Shown here: positions 49,703-60,521 of the stretch, piece after piece
Layout: the number at the start of each line of letters is the position of its first letter
Position numbering within the stretch: position 1 is the stretch's first letter
Translations under genes and position numbers: made by a program
Assembly (NCBI GenBank): GCA_965223155.1
Contig: CBDCVR010000015.1
Location: forward strand, 512,001 to 576,000
From: Candidatus Multivoradales bacterium
Lineage (GTDB): Bacteria; Acidobacteriota; Thermoanaerobaculia; Multivoradales; JAHEKO01
Length of the DNA stretch: 64,000 bases
Reading direction: 5' to 3'
The notes under the pieces: generated by a model
Told to the model about the DNA's origin: nothing
What the model saw: the letters and a program-made list of their open reading frames with translations, nothing else
Database searches by the model: none

Positions 49703-50610
49703 GTGCCCGAGCCACGCTTCTCGCCGCCCTTCTGGCCGCCACGACCTGGATCGCGGGTGCGGCCCCCGAGCCGGCGGCGGCAACGCCCGGTGCGCGACCG
49801 CGGGACGGGCACACGGCCAGCGCCGTCCCCGCCGAGCTCGGAGCCATCGCCTTCGAGCAGAAGCTGGGCGAGACCATCCCGGGCGAGCTCGAGCTGGTCG
49901 ATTCCGAGGGCCGGCCGGTTGGCCTGGGCGAGCTCGTCACCACGCGGCCGGCGCTCCTGGTCCCGGTCTACTACGACTGCCCGATGCTCTGCGGGCTGAC
50001 CCTGGAGGGCCTGACCAAGGCGCTCAAGACGCTGTCCCTGACCCCGGGGTCGGATTTCGACGTCATCGCTTTCTCGATCGACCCCGCTGAGACCGCCGAG
50101 CAGGCCCGCGCCGCCCGCGCGCGCACGCTGGCTCGGCTGGCCGACTCCGGAGTGGCCCGCGATCGGATCGACGCCGGCGGCGCCGGCTGGCACTTCCTGG
50201 TGGGCTCCGAGGCGGTTGTCGCCCGGCTCACCGAAGCCATCGGATTTTCTTTCAGCAGCGACGAGGCCACCGGGGAGCTCGCCCACGCCGCCGGGCTCCT
50301 GGTGCTGACGCCGGACGGCGTCATCGCCCGCGTCTTTTTCGGAGTCGAGTTCCCGCCGCGCGATCTCAGGCTGGCTCTGGTCGAGGCCGGCGCCGGCCGG
50401 ATCGGCAACGTCGTGGACCAGATCCTCCTCTACTGCTTTCGCTACGATCCGGCCTCGGGCCGCTACACCGCCGCGATCTTGAATCTCGTCCGCGCCGGTG
50501 GCGGATTGACGCTGCTGGTGCTCCTCGGCTTCCTGTTCAGAAGCTGGCGCTCAGAGCGCCGGCTGACGGCGGCCGAGAACGCCGCCGGCGCCGGCGGGAG
50601 GCTCGCCTAG
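49699..50610 (+). CDS. SCO family copper chaperone
   Basis: YYDCPMLC (CxxxC), SIDP, WHFL, AH, YCFRYDP. Confidence 0.92.
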   Translation: MSARATLLAALLAATTWIAGAAPEPAAATPGARPRDGHTASAVPAELGAIAFEQKLGETIPGELELVDSEGRPVGLGELVTTRPALLVPVYYDCPMLCGLTLEGLTKALKTLSLTPGSDFDVIAFSIDPAETAEQARAARARTLARLADSGVARDRIDAGGAGWHFLVGSEAVVARLTEAIGFSFSSDEATGELAHAAGLLVLTPDGVIARVFFGVEFPPRDLRLALVEAGAGRIGNVVDQILLYCFRYDPASGRYTAAILNLVRAGGGLTLLVLLGFLFRSWRSERRLTAAENAAGAGGRLA

Positions 50611-51564
50611 ATGCCCGAGAGCTTCCCGCTTTTCCCCGCCCGCGCAACCGAGCTCGCCCGCGAGATCGACGCGCTCTTCTTCACTGCGCTCGGCATCACG
50701 ACCGTCTTCTCGATCCTGATCGCGTCGCTCATCCTGTACTTCGCGATTCGCTACAAGCGCCGTTCCGAAGACGAGGTGGGCCAGCCCGAAAAAGCCGGCA
50801 TGTGGCTCGAGGTCACCTGGTCGGTGATCCCTCTGGCGATTCTGATGTTCCTCTTCTCCTGGGGCGCCAAGATCTACTTCGAGGCGCGCCGGCCGCCGGC
50901 CGACGCCGTTACCTACTACGTAACCGGCAAGCAGTGGATGTGGAAGGTCCAGCATCCGAATGGCCGGCGCGAGATCAACGAGCTCCACGTCCCGGTCGGT
51001 CAGAGCATCAAGCTCATCATGACCTCGGAGGACGTCATCCACTCCTTCTTCGTCCCGGCCTTCCGGGTCAAGATGGACATCCTGCCAGGTCGGTACACGA
51101 CCCTGTGGTTCCGGGCTGACAAGACCGGGACCTACCGGCTCTTCTGCGCCGAGTACTGCGGCGCCGAGCACTCTTTGATGCGGGGCTCGATCGTGGTGCT
51201 GGAGCCCCGAGGCTACGAAGCCTGGCTGGGCGGCCGCCAGACCCAAACCGAGCGCGTCGCCACCGGCGAGGAGCTCTTCTCGCGTCTCGCCTGCGACACC
51301 TGCCACCGGGCCGACAGCGCCGCCCAGGCGCCGATCCTGGATCGCACCTTCGGGAGCGAGGTGCGCTTTACCGACGGCACCTCAGTGATCGCCGACGAGA
51401 ACTACCTGCGCGAGTCCATCCTGAACCCGGGCGCCCAGGTCGTCGAGGGATACAACGCGATCATGCCGACCGCACAAGGCAAGCTGAACGAGGAGGAGCT
51501 GCTCCAGCTCATCCGCTATCTGAAGGGGCTGACTGACGAGGCGGCCGAGGACGAAGCACCATGA
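50611..51564 (+). CDS. coxB: caa3-type cytochrome c oxidase subunit II with fused cytochrome c
   Basis: [33 protein letters not shown]-terminal CDTCH..MP. Confidence 0.95.
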   Translation: MPESFPLFPARATELAREIDALFFTALGITTVFSILIASLILYFAIRYKRRSEDEVGQPEKAGMWLEVTWSVIPLAILMFLFSWGAKIYFEARRPPADAVTYYVTGKQWMWKVQHPNGRREINELHVPVGQSIKLIMTSEDVIHSFFVPAFRVKMDILPGRYTTLWFRADKTGTYRLFCAEYCGAEHSLMRGSIVVLEPRGYEAWLGGRQTQTERVATGEELFSRLACDTCHRADSAAQAPILDRTFGSEVRFTDGTSVIADENYLRESILNPGAQVVEGYNAIMPTAQGKLNEEELLQLIRYLKGLTDEAAEDEAP

Positions 51565-53189
51565 CGGCTCAACAGGTCACCAAGGCGGATCGCCGACGCA
51601 CACACTATCTGAACGCCGAGTACGGCGTCCGGTCGTGGCTCTTGACCCACGATCACAAGAGGATCGCGATCCTCTACTTGATCTCGATCTCTGCCTTCTT
51701 CTTCATCGGCGGCCTGATGGCGGTGCTCATCCGGCTCGAGCTGGCCACTCCGGCTGGCGACTTCGTCCAGCCGGACACCTACAACCGGCTATTCACGATG
51801 CACGGCATCGTCATGGTCTTCTTCTTCCTGATCCCATCGATCCCGGCGGTTCTGGGGAACTTCCTGATCCCGCTCATGATCGGCGCCAAGGACCTCGCGT
51901 TTCCCCGGGTCAACCTGGGTAGTTGGTACGTCTACACGCTGGGCGGCCTCTTCACCCTCTGGTCCATCATCCAGGGCGGCGTCGATACCGGCTGGACCTT
52001 CTATACGCCGTTCTCGACGATGTACTCGAACACATTCGTCATCTCGACGGCTCTCGGGATTTTCATCACCGGGTTCTCCTCGATCATGACCGGGGTCAAC
52101 TTCATCGTCACCATCCACAGAATGCGGGCGCCGGGGCTGTCCTGGTTCCGGCTGCCGCTCTTCGTGTGGGCCCACTACGCCACCGCCCTCATCATGGTGC
52201 TGGGAACGCCTGTCTTGGCCATCACCATCCTTCTGGTCGCGGCCGAGCGCGTGCTCCACATCGGCATCTTCGACCCGGCCCTGGGCGGCGACCCGGTGCT
52301 CTTCCAGCACCTTTTCTGGTTCTACTCCCATCCTGCGGTCTACATCATGATCCTGCCCTCGATGGGGGTCATCTCCGAGCTCATCACCGCCTTCGCCCGG
52401 AAACGCATCTTTGGGTACAAGTTCATCGCCTTCGCTTCGGTGGCCATCGCGGTCCTGGGATTCCTGGTCTGGGGACACCACATGTTCTTGTCCAGCCAGT
52501 CCGTGTACGCGGGAATGATCTTCTCGGTGCTGTCGATGCTGGTCGCCGTGCCCTCGGCGATCAAGGTCTTCAACTGGACCGCCACACTCTATGAGGGCTC
52601 GGTGTCCTGGGACACGCCGATGCTCTACGCCCTGGGCTTTATCGGCCTCTTTACCATCGGCGGGCTGACCGGGGTCATGCTGGCGACGCTGGGTATCGAC
52701 ATCCACGTCCACGACACCTACTTCGTCGTCGCCCACTTCCACTACATCATGGTGGGCGGCGCCATCATGGGCTACCTGGGCGGTCTCCACTTCTGGTGGC
52801 CCAAGATCACAGGCCGCCTCTATCCAATCTTCTGGTCCAAGTTCTCGGCCATCGTGATCTTCGTCGGTTTCAACCTGACCTTCTTTCCCCAGTTCCTACT
52901 GGGCTACCTGGGCATGCCACGGCGGTACTACACCTATCCCGAGGATTTCCAGGTGCTGAACGTCATGTCCTCGGCTGGCGCCACGATCCTGGGCATCGGC
53001 TACCTGATTCCGATCATCTACTTCGTATGGTCGATGCGCTACGGCCAGCGGGCCACGGCCAACCCTTGGGGCGCCGAGGGGCTCGAGTGGCAGACCGAGT
53101 CACCACCGCCGACGCTCAACTTCGACGAGCCGCCGACGGTCACGCGTGAAGCCTATGCCTATTCCGACTCCGAGACGGTGAACGTATGA
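51561..53189 (+). CDS. coxA: Heme-copper oxidase subunit I, A2-type
   Basis: WFYSHPAVY (YS motif), [15 protein letters not shown] (K-channel Lys present), [17 protein letters not shown]. Confidence 0.95.
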   Translation: MTAQQVTKADRRRTHYLNAEYGVRSWLLTHDHKRIAILYLISISAFFFIGGLMAVLIRLELATPAGDFVQPDTYNRLFTMHGIVMVFFFLIPSIPAVLGNFLIPLMIGAKDLAFPRVNLGSWYVYTLGGLFTLWSIIQGGVDTGWTFYTPFSTMYSNTFVISTALGIFITGFSSIMTGVNFIVTIHRMRAPGLSWFRLPLFVWAHYATALIMVLGTPVLAITILLVAAERVLHIGIFDPALGGDPVLFQHLFWFYSHPAVYIMILPSMGVISELITAFARKRIFGYKFIAFASVAIAVLGFLVWGHHMFLSSQSVYAGMIFSVLSMLVAVPSAIKVFNWTATLYEGSVSWDTPMLYALGFIGLFTIGGLTGVMLATLGIDIHVHDTYFVVAHFHYIMVGGAIMGYLGGLHFWWPKITGRLYPIFWSKFSAIVIFVGFNLTFFPQFLLGYLGMPRRYYTYPEDFQVLNVMSSAGATILGIGYLIPIIYFVWSMRYGQRATANPWGAEGLEWQTESPPPTLNFDEPPTVTREAYAYSDSETVNV

Positions 53190-53866
53190 GCGATTCGACG
53201 GTCCACGCCACGGCTGCCGATAGCGGGCATCTAGCCTCTCACTGGGACAGCCTCGAGCAGCAGCAGGAGGCCTCCTTCTTCGGCATGTGGGTGTTCCTGG
53301 TCACCGAGATCATGTTCTTCGGCGGCCTCTTCGCGGCCTACGTGGTCTACCGGGCCGGGCACCAGCAAGGCTTCGCGCTGGCGTCGAACGAGCTCTCGAT
53401 CGGCTGGGGCGCGTTCAACACCGCCGTTCTGATCGGATCCAGCCTGACCATGGCGCTCGCGGTCTGGGCCGCGGCCTCCGAACGGCGCAAGGCGCTGGTC
53501 GGCCTCCTTATCGGCACGATCGCGCTGGGCTCGGTCTTCCTGGGCGTCAAAGCCGTCGAGTACTCGCACAAGTTCCACGAGCATCTGGTGCCTGGAGCGG
53601 CATTCGACGCCGGACACTTTCCGGACCGCTATGCCAACGACGCCCACATGTTCTTCAATCTCTACTTCGTCATGACCGGGCTTCATGCCCTGCACATGGT
53701 GATCGGCATCGGTCTCTTGACCTGGCTGGTCGTTCTAGCCAGGCGGGGCCGCTTCACCGCCGGCAACCACAATTTCGTCGAAGGCGTTGGCCTCTACTGG
53801 CACTTTGTCGACATCGTCTGGATCTTCCTGTTTCCGGTTCTCTACCTGCTGGGAAGGGCCACCTGA
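53186..53866 (+). CDS. coxC: Cytochrome c oxidase subunit III
   Basis: [47 protein letters not shown]. Confidence 0.93.
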   Translation: MSDSTVHATAADSGHLASHWDSLEQQQEASFFGMWVFLVTEIMFFGGLFAAYVVYRAGHQQGFALASNELSIGWGAFNTAVLIGSSLTMALAVWAAASERRKALVGLLIGTIALGSVFLGVKAVEYSHKFHEHLVPGAAFDAGHFPDRYANDAHMFFNLYFVMTGLHALHMVIGIGLLTWLVVLARRGRFTAGNHNFVEGVGLYWHFVDIVWIFLFPVLYLLGRAT

Positions 53867-53869
53867 GCC

Positions 53870-54157
53870 ATGAGCGAGCATTCCTACTCGATCAAACCGT
53901 ATCTGGCCGTCTTCGCGGCACTCATGGTCCTGACGGCCGCCACCGTGGCCGTAGCCTTCGTGGACCTGGGCGCTTTCAACGACGTCGTGGCCATGGCCAT
54001 CGCGGTGCTCAAGGCCACCTTGGTCGTCCTCGTCTTCATGCACGTTCGCCAGAGCGCGCGCATGACCAAGCTCGCCATCGTGTCGGGCTTCCTGTGGCTG
54101 GCGATCCTGATCGGCCTGACTCTGTCGGACTACTGGAGCCGCGGCTTCCTCGGCTGA
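53870..54157 (+). CDS. coxD: Cytochrome c oxidase subunit IV
   Basis: YLAVFAALMVLT, IAVLKATLVVLVFMHV. Confidence 0.9.
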   Translation: MSEHSYSIKPYLAVFAALMVLTAATVAVAFVDLGAFNDVVAMAIAVLKATLVVLVFMHVRQSARMTKLAIVSGFLWLAILIGLTLSDYWSRGFLG

Positions 54158-54212
54158 GCGTAGCCGTGGCATACTGCGCCCGCTTCACGCAGAGCCAACG
54201 GAGGACCTTCGG

Positions 54213-54575
54213 ATGTCGTATCTCACCTACAAGTTCCTGCATCTCGCCGGCATCTTGGTCCTGTTCGTGACCGCCGGCGGAGTTGCGCTCTACGCCGCCA
54301 ACGGCGGCACCAAGGAGGGCAACACGGCGCGCGCCTGGGTCTCGGTCCTCCACGGCCTCTCGCTCGTCGTCATCCTGGTCAGCGGCTTCGGGCTGGTGGC
54401 GCGCATCGAGAGCGGCTTCGCTCCTTGGGTCTGGGCCAAGTTCGCCCTCTGGTTCGTGCTCGGCAGCTTCGCGCTGCTGCCACTTCGCCGCCAGAGCCTG
54501 GGCATGCCCTTCTACTTCCTGGTCCCGGCCCTGGGCATGGTCGCCGCCTACCTGGCGCTCTTCAAGCCCTTCTAG
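54213..54575 (+). CDS. Four-TM membrane protein (SirB2/HemJ/DUF2269-like fold)
   Basis: Y..YKFLH, LHG..LVSG, WVWAK; GGAGG RBS. Confidence 0.7.
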   Translation: MSYLTYKFLHLAGILVLFVTAGGVALYAANGGTKEGNTARAWVSVLHGLSLVVILVSGFGLVARIESGFAPWVWAKFALWFVLGSFALLPLRRQSLGMPFYFLVPALGMVAAYLALFKPF

Positions 54576-54592
54576 CCCATAGCTCGCATCTG

Positions 54593-55312
54593 TCAGGTTC
54601 CGGCGAGAGCCTTGAGGGCGGCTCCCACCCCGTAGGCGAGCGAGGCGGCGATGCCACCAATTGCGAGCGTTCCGAGACCGGTACTCCACCACGGGGAAAC
54701 CGACCAGCGGCTGCGTACCGCGCCGATGGCGAAGAACACGGCTCCGGTCAACGCCACCGCCAGCTCGAACGGCCGCGGCCAGCCCGCCAGGTAGGGCAGG
54801 AGCGGCACCGCGCCACACACCAGAAACGCCGAAAACGTGCTCCAGGCCGCGAGCCAGGGCGAGCGGCGCTCGAGCGGCAAACCGTATTCCTCGGTGAGCA
54901 TGGTCCGCACCCAGCGTTCGCGATCGGAGCTGATGACCTCGACGACGCGTTCCAGGATCGCGCCCGTAAAGCCTTTGCGGGCGAAGATCTGCCGGATCTC
55001 CTCGCGCTCGCCTTCCGGCTCCTGGTCGATGTGGCGCCGCTCCACTCGCTTCAGGTGCTCGGCCATGTCCAGCTCGGCCTTGGTGCCCGAGTAGTTCCCG
55101 GCGGCCATCGAGAAGCCGTCGGCGAGCAGGTTCGCCAGCCCCAGAATCACGATGATCTTGGGCGATAGCGCCGCGCCCACGACTCCCGAAACCACGGCGA
55201 AGGTCGTGACCGCGCCGTCGATGCCTCCGTAGATCCAGTCCCTGAGATAGCTCGCTTCGGGACCGCTCGCCAGGCGGCTCCTGATGGCCTCTGGAGAGTG
55301 TTCGTGCTCCAC
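54593..55312 (-). CDS. VIT1/CCC1 family Fe/Mn transporter
   Basis: LRDWIYGGIDGAVTTFAVVSGV, ANLLADGFSMAAGNY, E.EE..IF..KG, M..EEYG. Confidence 0.92.
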   Translation of the reverse strand: MEHEHSPEAIRSRLASGPEASYLRDWIYGGIDGAVTTFAVVSGVVGAALSPKIIVILGLANLLADGFSMAAGNYSGTKAELDMAEHLKRVERRHIDQEPEGEREEIRQIFARKGFTGAILERVVEVISSDRERWVRTMLTEEYGLPLERRSPWLAAWSTFSAFLVCGAVPLLPYLAGWPRPFELAVALTGAVFFAIGAVRSRWSVSPWWSTGLGTLAIGGIAASLAYGVGAALKALAGT

Positions 55313-55315
55313 GGA

Positions 55316-56233
55316 CTATCCGTTCTCGCGCTCCTGGGCCAGAACCTCGGACCACAGACCGCCGAGGGCGTCGCCGAGCGAATACCGAGGTTGCCAGCCG
55401 AGGGTTCTCAGCTTGCCGTTGTCGGCCTGGAGACGCGGCACGTCCACCGGCCGGATGCGCGCGGCGTCGAGCTCGACCTGGACCTCCAGGCCCGAGATTC
55501 GGACCAGCTCGTCCAGGGCGGAGCGGATCGACACCGACCGGCCCGAGCCCAGGTTATAGACCTCGCCGCCCTCCCCACGCTCCACCAGCACGGCGTAGGC
55601 GGCCACCGCGTCCCGAACGTCCACGAAATCCCGCTCGGCCTCGAGGTTGCCCACCTTGAGGACCACCGGACCCGCCTCGTCCGCGCGGCCGCTCGACGCC
55701 AGCTGGCGCGCGAAGTTGGGCAGCGCGAACGACGGCGCCTGTCCCGGGCCCACTACGTTGAACATGCGCACCACCACCCCTCCGGCGCGGAGCACCATCC
55801 GCTCGGCGGCGGCCTTGGTCAAGGCGTAGGGATTCCGGGGTGCCGCTTCCCGGCTCTCCACCAGGGGCAAATCCTCGGCTTCGACCTGGCCGTAGACCTC
55901 CGAGCTAGACGCCAAGAGAAAGCGCGCCCCGGCCGCGGCGTCGAGGACGTTTTCGACGCCGACCAGGTTGACCGCGAAGTACGCCGGAATCCTCTCCCAC
56001 GACGCTCCAACGTGGCTCAAACCGGCGAGGTGGATGACCGCGTCGGGCGCGATCTCGACAAGTGCCGACGTGACCGCGGAGCGGTCCAGGATGTCTACCC
56101 GGCGCTCTTCGATTCCGGCTGTACCCGCCGGCGAATCGAGATGGAGGCCGACCACGCGATGGCCGGCGTCCCGGAGGCCGCGGGCGAGGTGGCGGCCCAG
56201 AAAACCCGAGCTGCCGGTGATCAGGACCTTCAC
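55316..56233 (-). CDS. NAD-dependent sugar epimerase/reductase (Rmd / GDP-mannose dehydratase-like extended SDR)
   Basis: LITGSSGFLG, HLAGLSHV, SSSEVYG, PYALTK (YxxxK), FNVVGPGQ, GNLEAERDFVDVRD, YNLGSG. Confidence 0.88.
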   Translation of the reverse strand: MKVLITGSSGFLGRHLARGLRDAGHRVVGLHLDSPAGTAGIEERRVDILDRSAVTSALVEIAPDAVIHLAGLSHVGASWERIPAYFAVNLVGVENVLDAAAGARFLLASSSEVYGQVEAEDLPLVESREAAPRNPYALTKAAAERMVLRAGGVVVRMFNVVGPGQAPSFALPNFARQLASSGRADEAGPVVLKVGNLEAERDFVDVRDAVAAYAVLVERGEGGEVYNLGSGRSVSIRSALDELVRISGLEVQVELDAARIRPVDVPRLQADNGKLRTLGWQPRYSLGDALGGLWSEVLAQERENG

Positions 56234-56244
56234 GAAGCGGGCTG

Positions 56245-58707
56245 CTAGGGCCGGTTGCTGCTGCCGTGCCCGACGTCCAGGAAGGTCCCGATGTTCTTGA
56301 GCGAGACCCCGATCCGGAAATCCCGATCGCGCAGGAAATTCTCGCCTCCGGCACTGTCAATCCCCAGGAAGCGCTTGAACTCGCGGACCTCGAACCGGAG
56401 ACCCCAGCATTGCGAGGTGTAGTTGAAGACATGCCGCTGCTGTTGCATGAAGCCGGTCACGAAATCGTAGTTGATCGAGTTCTGCATGGTGAGGTGATTG
56501 CGCACCAGCGTGAGATTCGAGTTGAGCCGGAGCTGATGGCTCCGGGTACCGACCGTGGTCAGGGGCAGCGCGGGCTCGGCGGCCGGATCCACGGGATCTT
56601 CCGCCGGGGCCTCGGTCAAGGCCGCGAGCTCTTCCTGAAACTGGGCGACCCAGCTCAGTCCCAGCGAGCCCCGGTTGAACCGCTTGCTCGCCAGGAGCGA
56701 CGCCGAGCTGAAATCGTCCAGCAGGTCGCTGTAGCTGGAGCGCAGCTCGAGGCTCGTGCGCTCGGAAGGATTGAACCGCAGCCGCATCGCGACCGCCGAC
56801 TTGCGGGTCTCGAGAGCGGTAATGCGGCTGATCTCGAAGGGCTGCTCCTCGCGCAGGCTGAAGGACCGGCCCAGCTCGAAGGTCATGATCTCGCGGGCGC
56901 TCTCGCCGGTCTTCTCGTTGGCCGGCTTGGCCAGAAGGCGGTTGACGAGCGCGACGCTGGCAATGGTGCGGTCCTGCAGGCGGTCCACCTCGTCGAACAG
57001 CGGCACCAGCTCCTGATCCTCGTATTCATCGACGAAGAGATAGCTGAAGCGTGGCTCGATGACGTGCTTGAACTTGCCGAAGCGGCCCAGCTTGCGGTCG
57101 AAGATCCGAGAAAAGGACGGACCGATGACCGAAGCCGACGCCGAGGGAAAGGTCCGCGTCAAGGCGTCGCCCGAGAAGGCCCGGCGGTCCTCGGTCAGGC
57201 TGTTCTCGTAGTAGGTCGTCCGGGCGGACAGGCCGACCGAGGCCGACAGCCAGGGGATCGTGCTCACCGGAATCGTGAGGGTCGGGGCGATGTCGGCGCG
57301 GGAGTAGCTCTCCTCGAGGACGTCGGTACGACTCACCTCGAAAAGGTTGATCGAGCTCAGCAAGCTGAAGTAGAGCGGCAGCTCGCCGATCCGGGTGGGA
57401 CGCAGCCGGTACTCGATCTCGGGCAGCTGGCGCTGGTTGATGAGAACGTCTTTGCGGATAAAGGTCTCGCGATCGTCCAGGAGGACGCTCAGCGAGTGCG
57501 AGCCCCAGTTGCCGCTCAGGAATCCGTTCGAATAGAGCGAGCGGATGGTGATGTCGTTGAAATCGCGCTCGAAGTCCCGAAAAAAATCGAAGTCCGAGAA
57601 GTCCTGGTAGTTGACCTGGCCGCGCAACCCGAACGGAAGGTCCTTGCTGGAATGGAACCACGAGGCCTTCCAGCGGGTCTCGGTCGGAATCGGCTCGTCG
57701 GGCGCGAGGGGATCGTCCAGAAACAGCCCACTCGAATCCTGGATCGAGAAGTAGCGCAGCGTGCCGCCGGTGGCGTGGCTGGGCTGGTAGCGGAACTCGG
57801 TCCCCAGACCGAGAAAGTCCTCGGTATAGAGATCAGCGAAGAAGGTCGCGTCGTAGCTGTCTCCGAAGGGCTGGAAGTAGGCCAGCCCCAGGGTTTCGCC
57901 GCGGCGTTCCGAATAGCCGAAGTTGGGGAAGAGAAAGCCGGCCACCCGGCCACGCTTGGCGGGAAAGAGCATGTACGGCATGTACAGCACCGGCATCTTC
58001 TTGACTCGCATGCGCGTGTTGCGCACCCGCGCGAATCCATCCAGCTTGATCCGCCCTCGGCCCAGACGGAAGCTCCAATCGGGTACCTCGTCTCCCGAGC
58101 AAGAGGTCACCGTGCCGTCGGTGACGACGTAGACGTCGCCGGCGAGCTTCTCGACCTGGCGGCCCTCGAAGTAGATATCCGGATCCACGAACGCCTGCGC
58201 TTCGTAGAACTTGCCCTCCTTGGACTCGAGGTCAAACTCCACGCGCCGGCCGGTGATGCGCTTGGGCCCCTCGTCGACGACCACGTGCCCCTCGGCCACG
58301 AGCTTCTTCGTATCCAGGTTGACCGTCACCGAGTCGGACTGGAGCCGGAGGTCGCGGTAGTTGACCTCGACCGCGTCGGAGGCGACGACCACGTTGGCGT
58401 CCGAGTAGGTCAGGGTTCCAGCACTTCCGGTCGCGGTCCCGCCACCACTGGCGTCGGCGAACGGCAAGGTGAACGTGATCCGCTCGACCGGCGGCGGCTC
58501 CGTTTCCGTCAGCTCGGTTTCCTCGAGCTCGGAGTCGGGAGCCTCGGACGCCTCCGGCGCAGCCGTTTCGGCGGCCGTGGCCTCACGGTCCTCGGGCAGC
58601 TCCCCAGCCTGGTACGTGCTCTGGGCGCCGAGGCTCCCGGGCGCGACCGCGGCCAGGCCGAAGCACGCCAGAAGCACCGCCGCAAGGAAGGAAACCGGGA
58701 TCCTCAC
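56245..58707 (-). CDS. lptD: LPS-assembly protein LptD
   Basis: Signal peptide after GTG 58707 (GTGA overlap with the thiolase stop); OstA-like domain (AEGHVV, TSC..PDW, PVLYMPY, GFLFP); beta-barrel with KHVIEP and QCW. Confidence 0.85.
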   Translation of the reverse strand: MRIPVSFLAAVLLACFGLAAVAPGSLGAQSTYQAGELPEDREATAAETAAPEASEAPDSELEETELTETEPPPVERITFTLPFADASGGGTATGSAGTLTYSDANVVVASDAVEVNYRDLRLQSDSVTVNLDTKKLVAEGHVVVDEGPKRITGRRVEFDLESKEGKFYEAQAFVDPDIYFEGRQVEKLAGDVYVVTDGTVTSCSGDEVPDWSFRLGRGRIKLDGFARVRNTRMRVKKMPVLYMPYMLFPAKRGRVAGFLFPNFGYSERRGETLGLAYFQPFGDSYDATFFADLYTEDFLGLGTEFRYQPSHATGGTLRYFSIQDSSGLFLDDPLAPDEPIPTETRWKASWFHSSKDLPFGLRGQVNYQDFSDFDFFRDFERDFNDITIRSLYSNGFLSGNWGSHSLSVLLDDRETFIRKDVLINQRQLPEIEYRLRPTRIGELPLYFSLLSSINLFEVSRTDVLEESYSRADIAPTLTIPVSTIPWLSASVGLSARTTYYENSLTEDRRAFSGDALTRTFPSASASVIGPSFSRIFDRKLGRFGKFKHVIEPRFSYLFVDEYEDQELVPLFDEVDRLQDRTIASVALVNRLLAKPANEKTGESAREIMTFELGRSFSLREEQPFEISRITALETRKSAVAMRLRFNPSERTSLELRSSYSDLLDDFSSASLLASKRFNRGSLGLSWVAQFQEELAALTEAPAEDPVDPAAEPALPLTTVGTRSHQLRLNSNLTLVRNHLTMQNSINYDFVTGFMQQQRHVFNYTSQCWGLRFEVREFKRFLGIDSAGGENFLRDRDFRIGVSLKNIGTFLDVGHGSSNRP

Positions 58708-59882
58708 AGCCGTTCCACGACTACCGCGGTGGCCTCGCCGCCACCCAGACAGATCGCCGCGCAGCCGATCGTGAGGTCTCGGGCGGCGAGCGCGTTGAGC
58801 AACGTGACCACGATCCGGGCGCCGGAGGCGCCGATGGGATGGCCTAGAGCCACGGCGCCGCCGTTGACGTTGACCTTCTCGGCCGGCAGATCGAGCTCGC
58901 GGACAAAGGCCATGGCGACAGCGGCAAAGGCTTCGTTGACTTCCCAAAGATCCACGTCTCCGAGTTCGAGGCCGGCGCGCGCGACCGCGCGCCGTGCCGC
59001 TTCGATGGGAGCCGTCGTGAACCATTCCGGCTCCTGGGCGAACGAGGCATGAGCGCGGATGCGGGCCAGAGGTGCGAGGCCGCGCGCCTCGGCGGTGGCC
59101 GCCGACGTCAGCACCAGAGCCGCGGCGCCGTCATTGATCTTGCTGGCGTTGGCGGCGGTAATCGTGCCCTCCGGATCGAACGCCGGTCTGAGGCGGCTCA
59201 TCTTGGCCAGATCCACCCGGAAAGGCTCCTCGTCGCGCGCCACCGACTTGGGATCGCCCTTCCGCTGGGACACTTCGACCGGAACGACCTCGGCGGCAAA
59301 GGCTCCTTCGTCCCAGGCGCGTCGCGCCCGGGCGTAGCTCTCCGCCGCGAAGGCATCCTGGTCTTCTCGGCTGAGCTCGAACTTGCGGGCACAGAGCTCG
59401 CCACAGTTGCCCATGTGCCGGTCGGAGTAGGGATCCCAAAGGCCGTCGTGGATCATCGAGTCGACCAGCCTGCCGTGACCGAGCCGCTGACCCGCCCGCG
59501 CGCCAGGTGCCAGATAGGGGGCCTGGCTCATACTCTCCATGCCGCCCGCGGCCACCATCTCGAAATCCTCGCAGCGCAGCTCATTGGCGGCAAACATGAG
59601 GGCCTTCATGCCCGAACCACAGACCTTGCCGACGGTCACCGCTCTGGTAGCAGGCGGGCACCCCGCAGCCAGAGCCGCCTGGCGTGCCGGCGCCTGGCCG
59701 ACGCCGCCGGTCAGCACCGAGCCCATGTAGACCTGCTCGAGATCGGCCGGCTGGATGCCGGCACCGGCGATCGCTCCGGCCAAGGCCCGCGCGCCCAACT
59801 CGGGCGCTGACTGGGAGGCAAGCTCGCCCTGGAAGGCGCCGATCGGGGTGCGGACGGCGCTCAGGATCACGATCTCTTGCAT
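58704..59882 (-). CDS. atoB: Acetyl-CoA C-acetyltransferase (thiolase)
   Basis: MQEIVILSAVRTPIG, GQAPARQA, KVCGSG, GGMESMS, INDGAAA, VNEAF, GHPIGASG, CLGGG. Confidence 0.95.
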   Translation of the reverse strand: MQEIVILSAVRTPIGAFQGELASQSAPELGARALAGAIAGAGIQPADLEQVYMGSVLTGGVGQAPARQAALAAGCPPATRAVTVGKVCGSGMKALMFAANELRCEDFEMVAAGGMESMSQAPYLAPGARAGQRLGHGRLVDSMIHDGLWDPYSDRHMGNCGELCARKFELSREDQDAFAAESYARARRAWDEGAFAAEVVPVEVSQRKGDPKSVARDEEPFRVDLAKMSRLRPAFDPEGTITAANASKINDGAAALVLTSAATAEARGLAPLARIRAHASFAQEPEWFTTAPIEAARRAVARAGLELGDVDLWEVNEAFAAVAMAFVRELDLPAEKVNVNGGAVALGHPIGASGARIVVTLLNALAARDLTIGCAAICLGGGEATAVVVERL

Positions 59883-60031
59883 CCGGTTTTCCCTGCCCTC
59901 GATTGGTGCCCGGCGGCTGTCGACAGTCCCAAAACCTTCCGCCAGCAACGCCTGCGCCCCTCGACGGCCGGCCGTGATGCTAGCACAGCGTTCGGCTGGC
60001 GCCGGGCGGTGGAATCGGCGATGATCCCCGC

Positions 60032-60508
60032 ATGAAAAGCCTCGCCATCGACCTGGGAGCCAAGCGCGTCGGCGTCGCCATTTCGGACGCCGAGGGCCGC
60101 TTCGCCGTTCCCCTGACCACCCTCGATCGACGCGACGACGAGCAACTGGCGCGCGCGATCGGCGAGCTCGCCCGCCAAGAGGAAGTCGAGCGCCTGGTGG
60201 CCGGCGAGCCGCTGCGGCTGGATGGCAGTCCGGGACCCGCGGCGCTTCGAGCACGGCGTTTCGCCGAGCGTCTGGCCCGGGATCTCGGACTGCCGCTCGA
60301 GCTGGTCGACGAGGTTCTAACCAGCCGCGAAGCCGAGGAGCGGCTGCGCGCCGCCGGCGTCGATCCCCGCCGCCATCCGGAGCGCGTCGACGCGGTGGCC
60401 GCCCAAATCATTCTCCAGGAAGCGCTCGACCGGGACGCGCGCGACCGAAACGCCGATTCCGAGTGCGCCGACACCCGCTCGGAGCTTGCGCCCGACCCGG
60501 CCTCCTGA
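60032..60508 (+). CDS. ruvX: Holliday junction resolvase-like / pre-16S rRNA nuclease RuvX (YqgF)
   Basis: LAIDLGAKRVGVAISD, G.P...DG, VDEVLTS, VDAVAAQIILQ. Confidence 0.92.
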   Translation: MKSLAIDLGAKRVGVAISDAEGRFAVPLTTLDRRDDEQLARAIGELARQEEVERLVAGEPLRLDGSPGPAALRARRFAERLARDLGLPLELVDEVLTSREAEERLRAAGVDPRRHPERVDAVAAQIILQEALDRDARDRNADSECADTRSELAPDPAS

Positions 60509-60521
60509 GGCCGGCACGACC

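Noticed and set aside
56266-59052. 928-aa plus-strand ORF
   Set aside because: Antisense shadow of lptD and thiolase, expected in high-GC DNA; no motifs.
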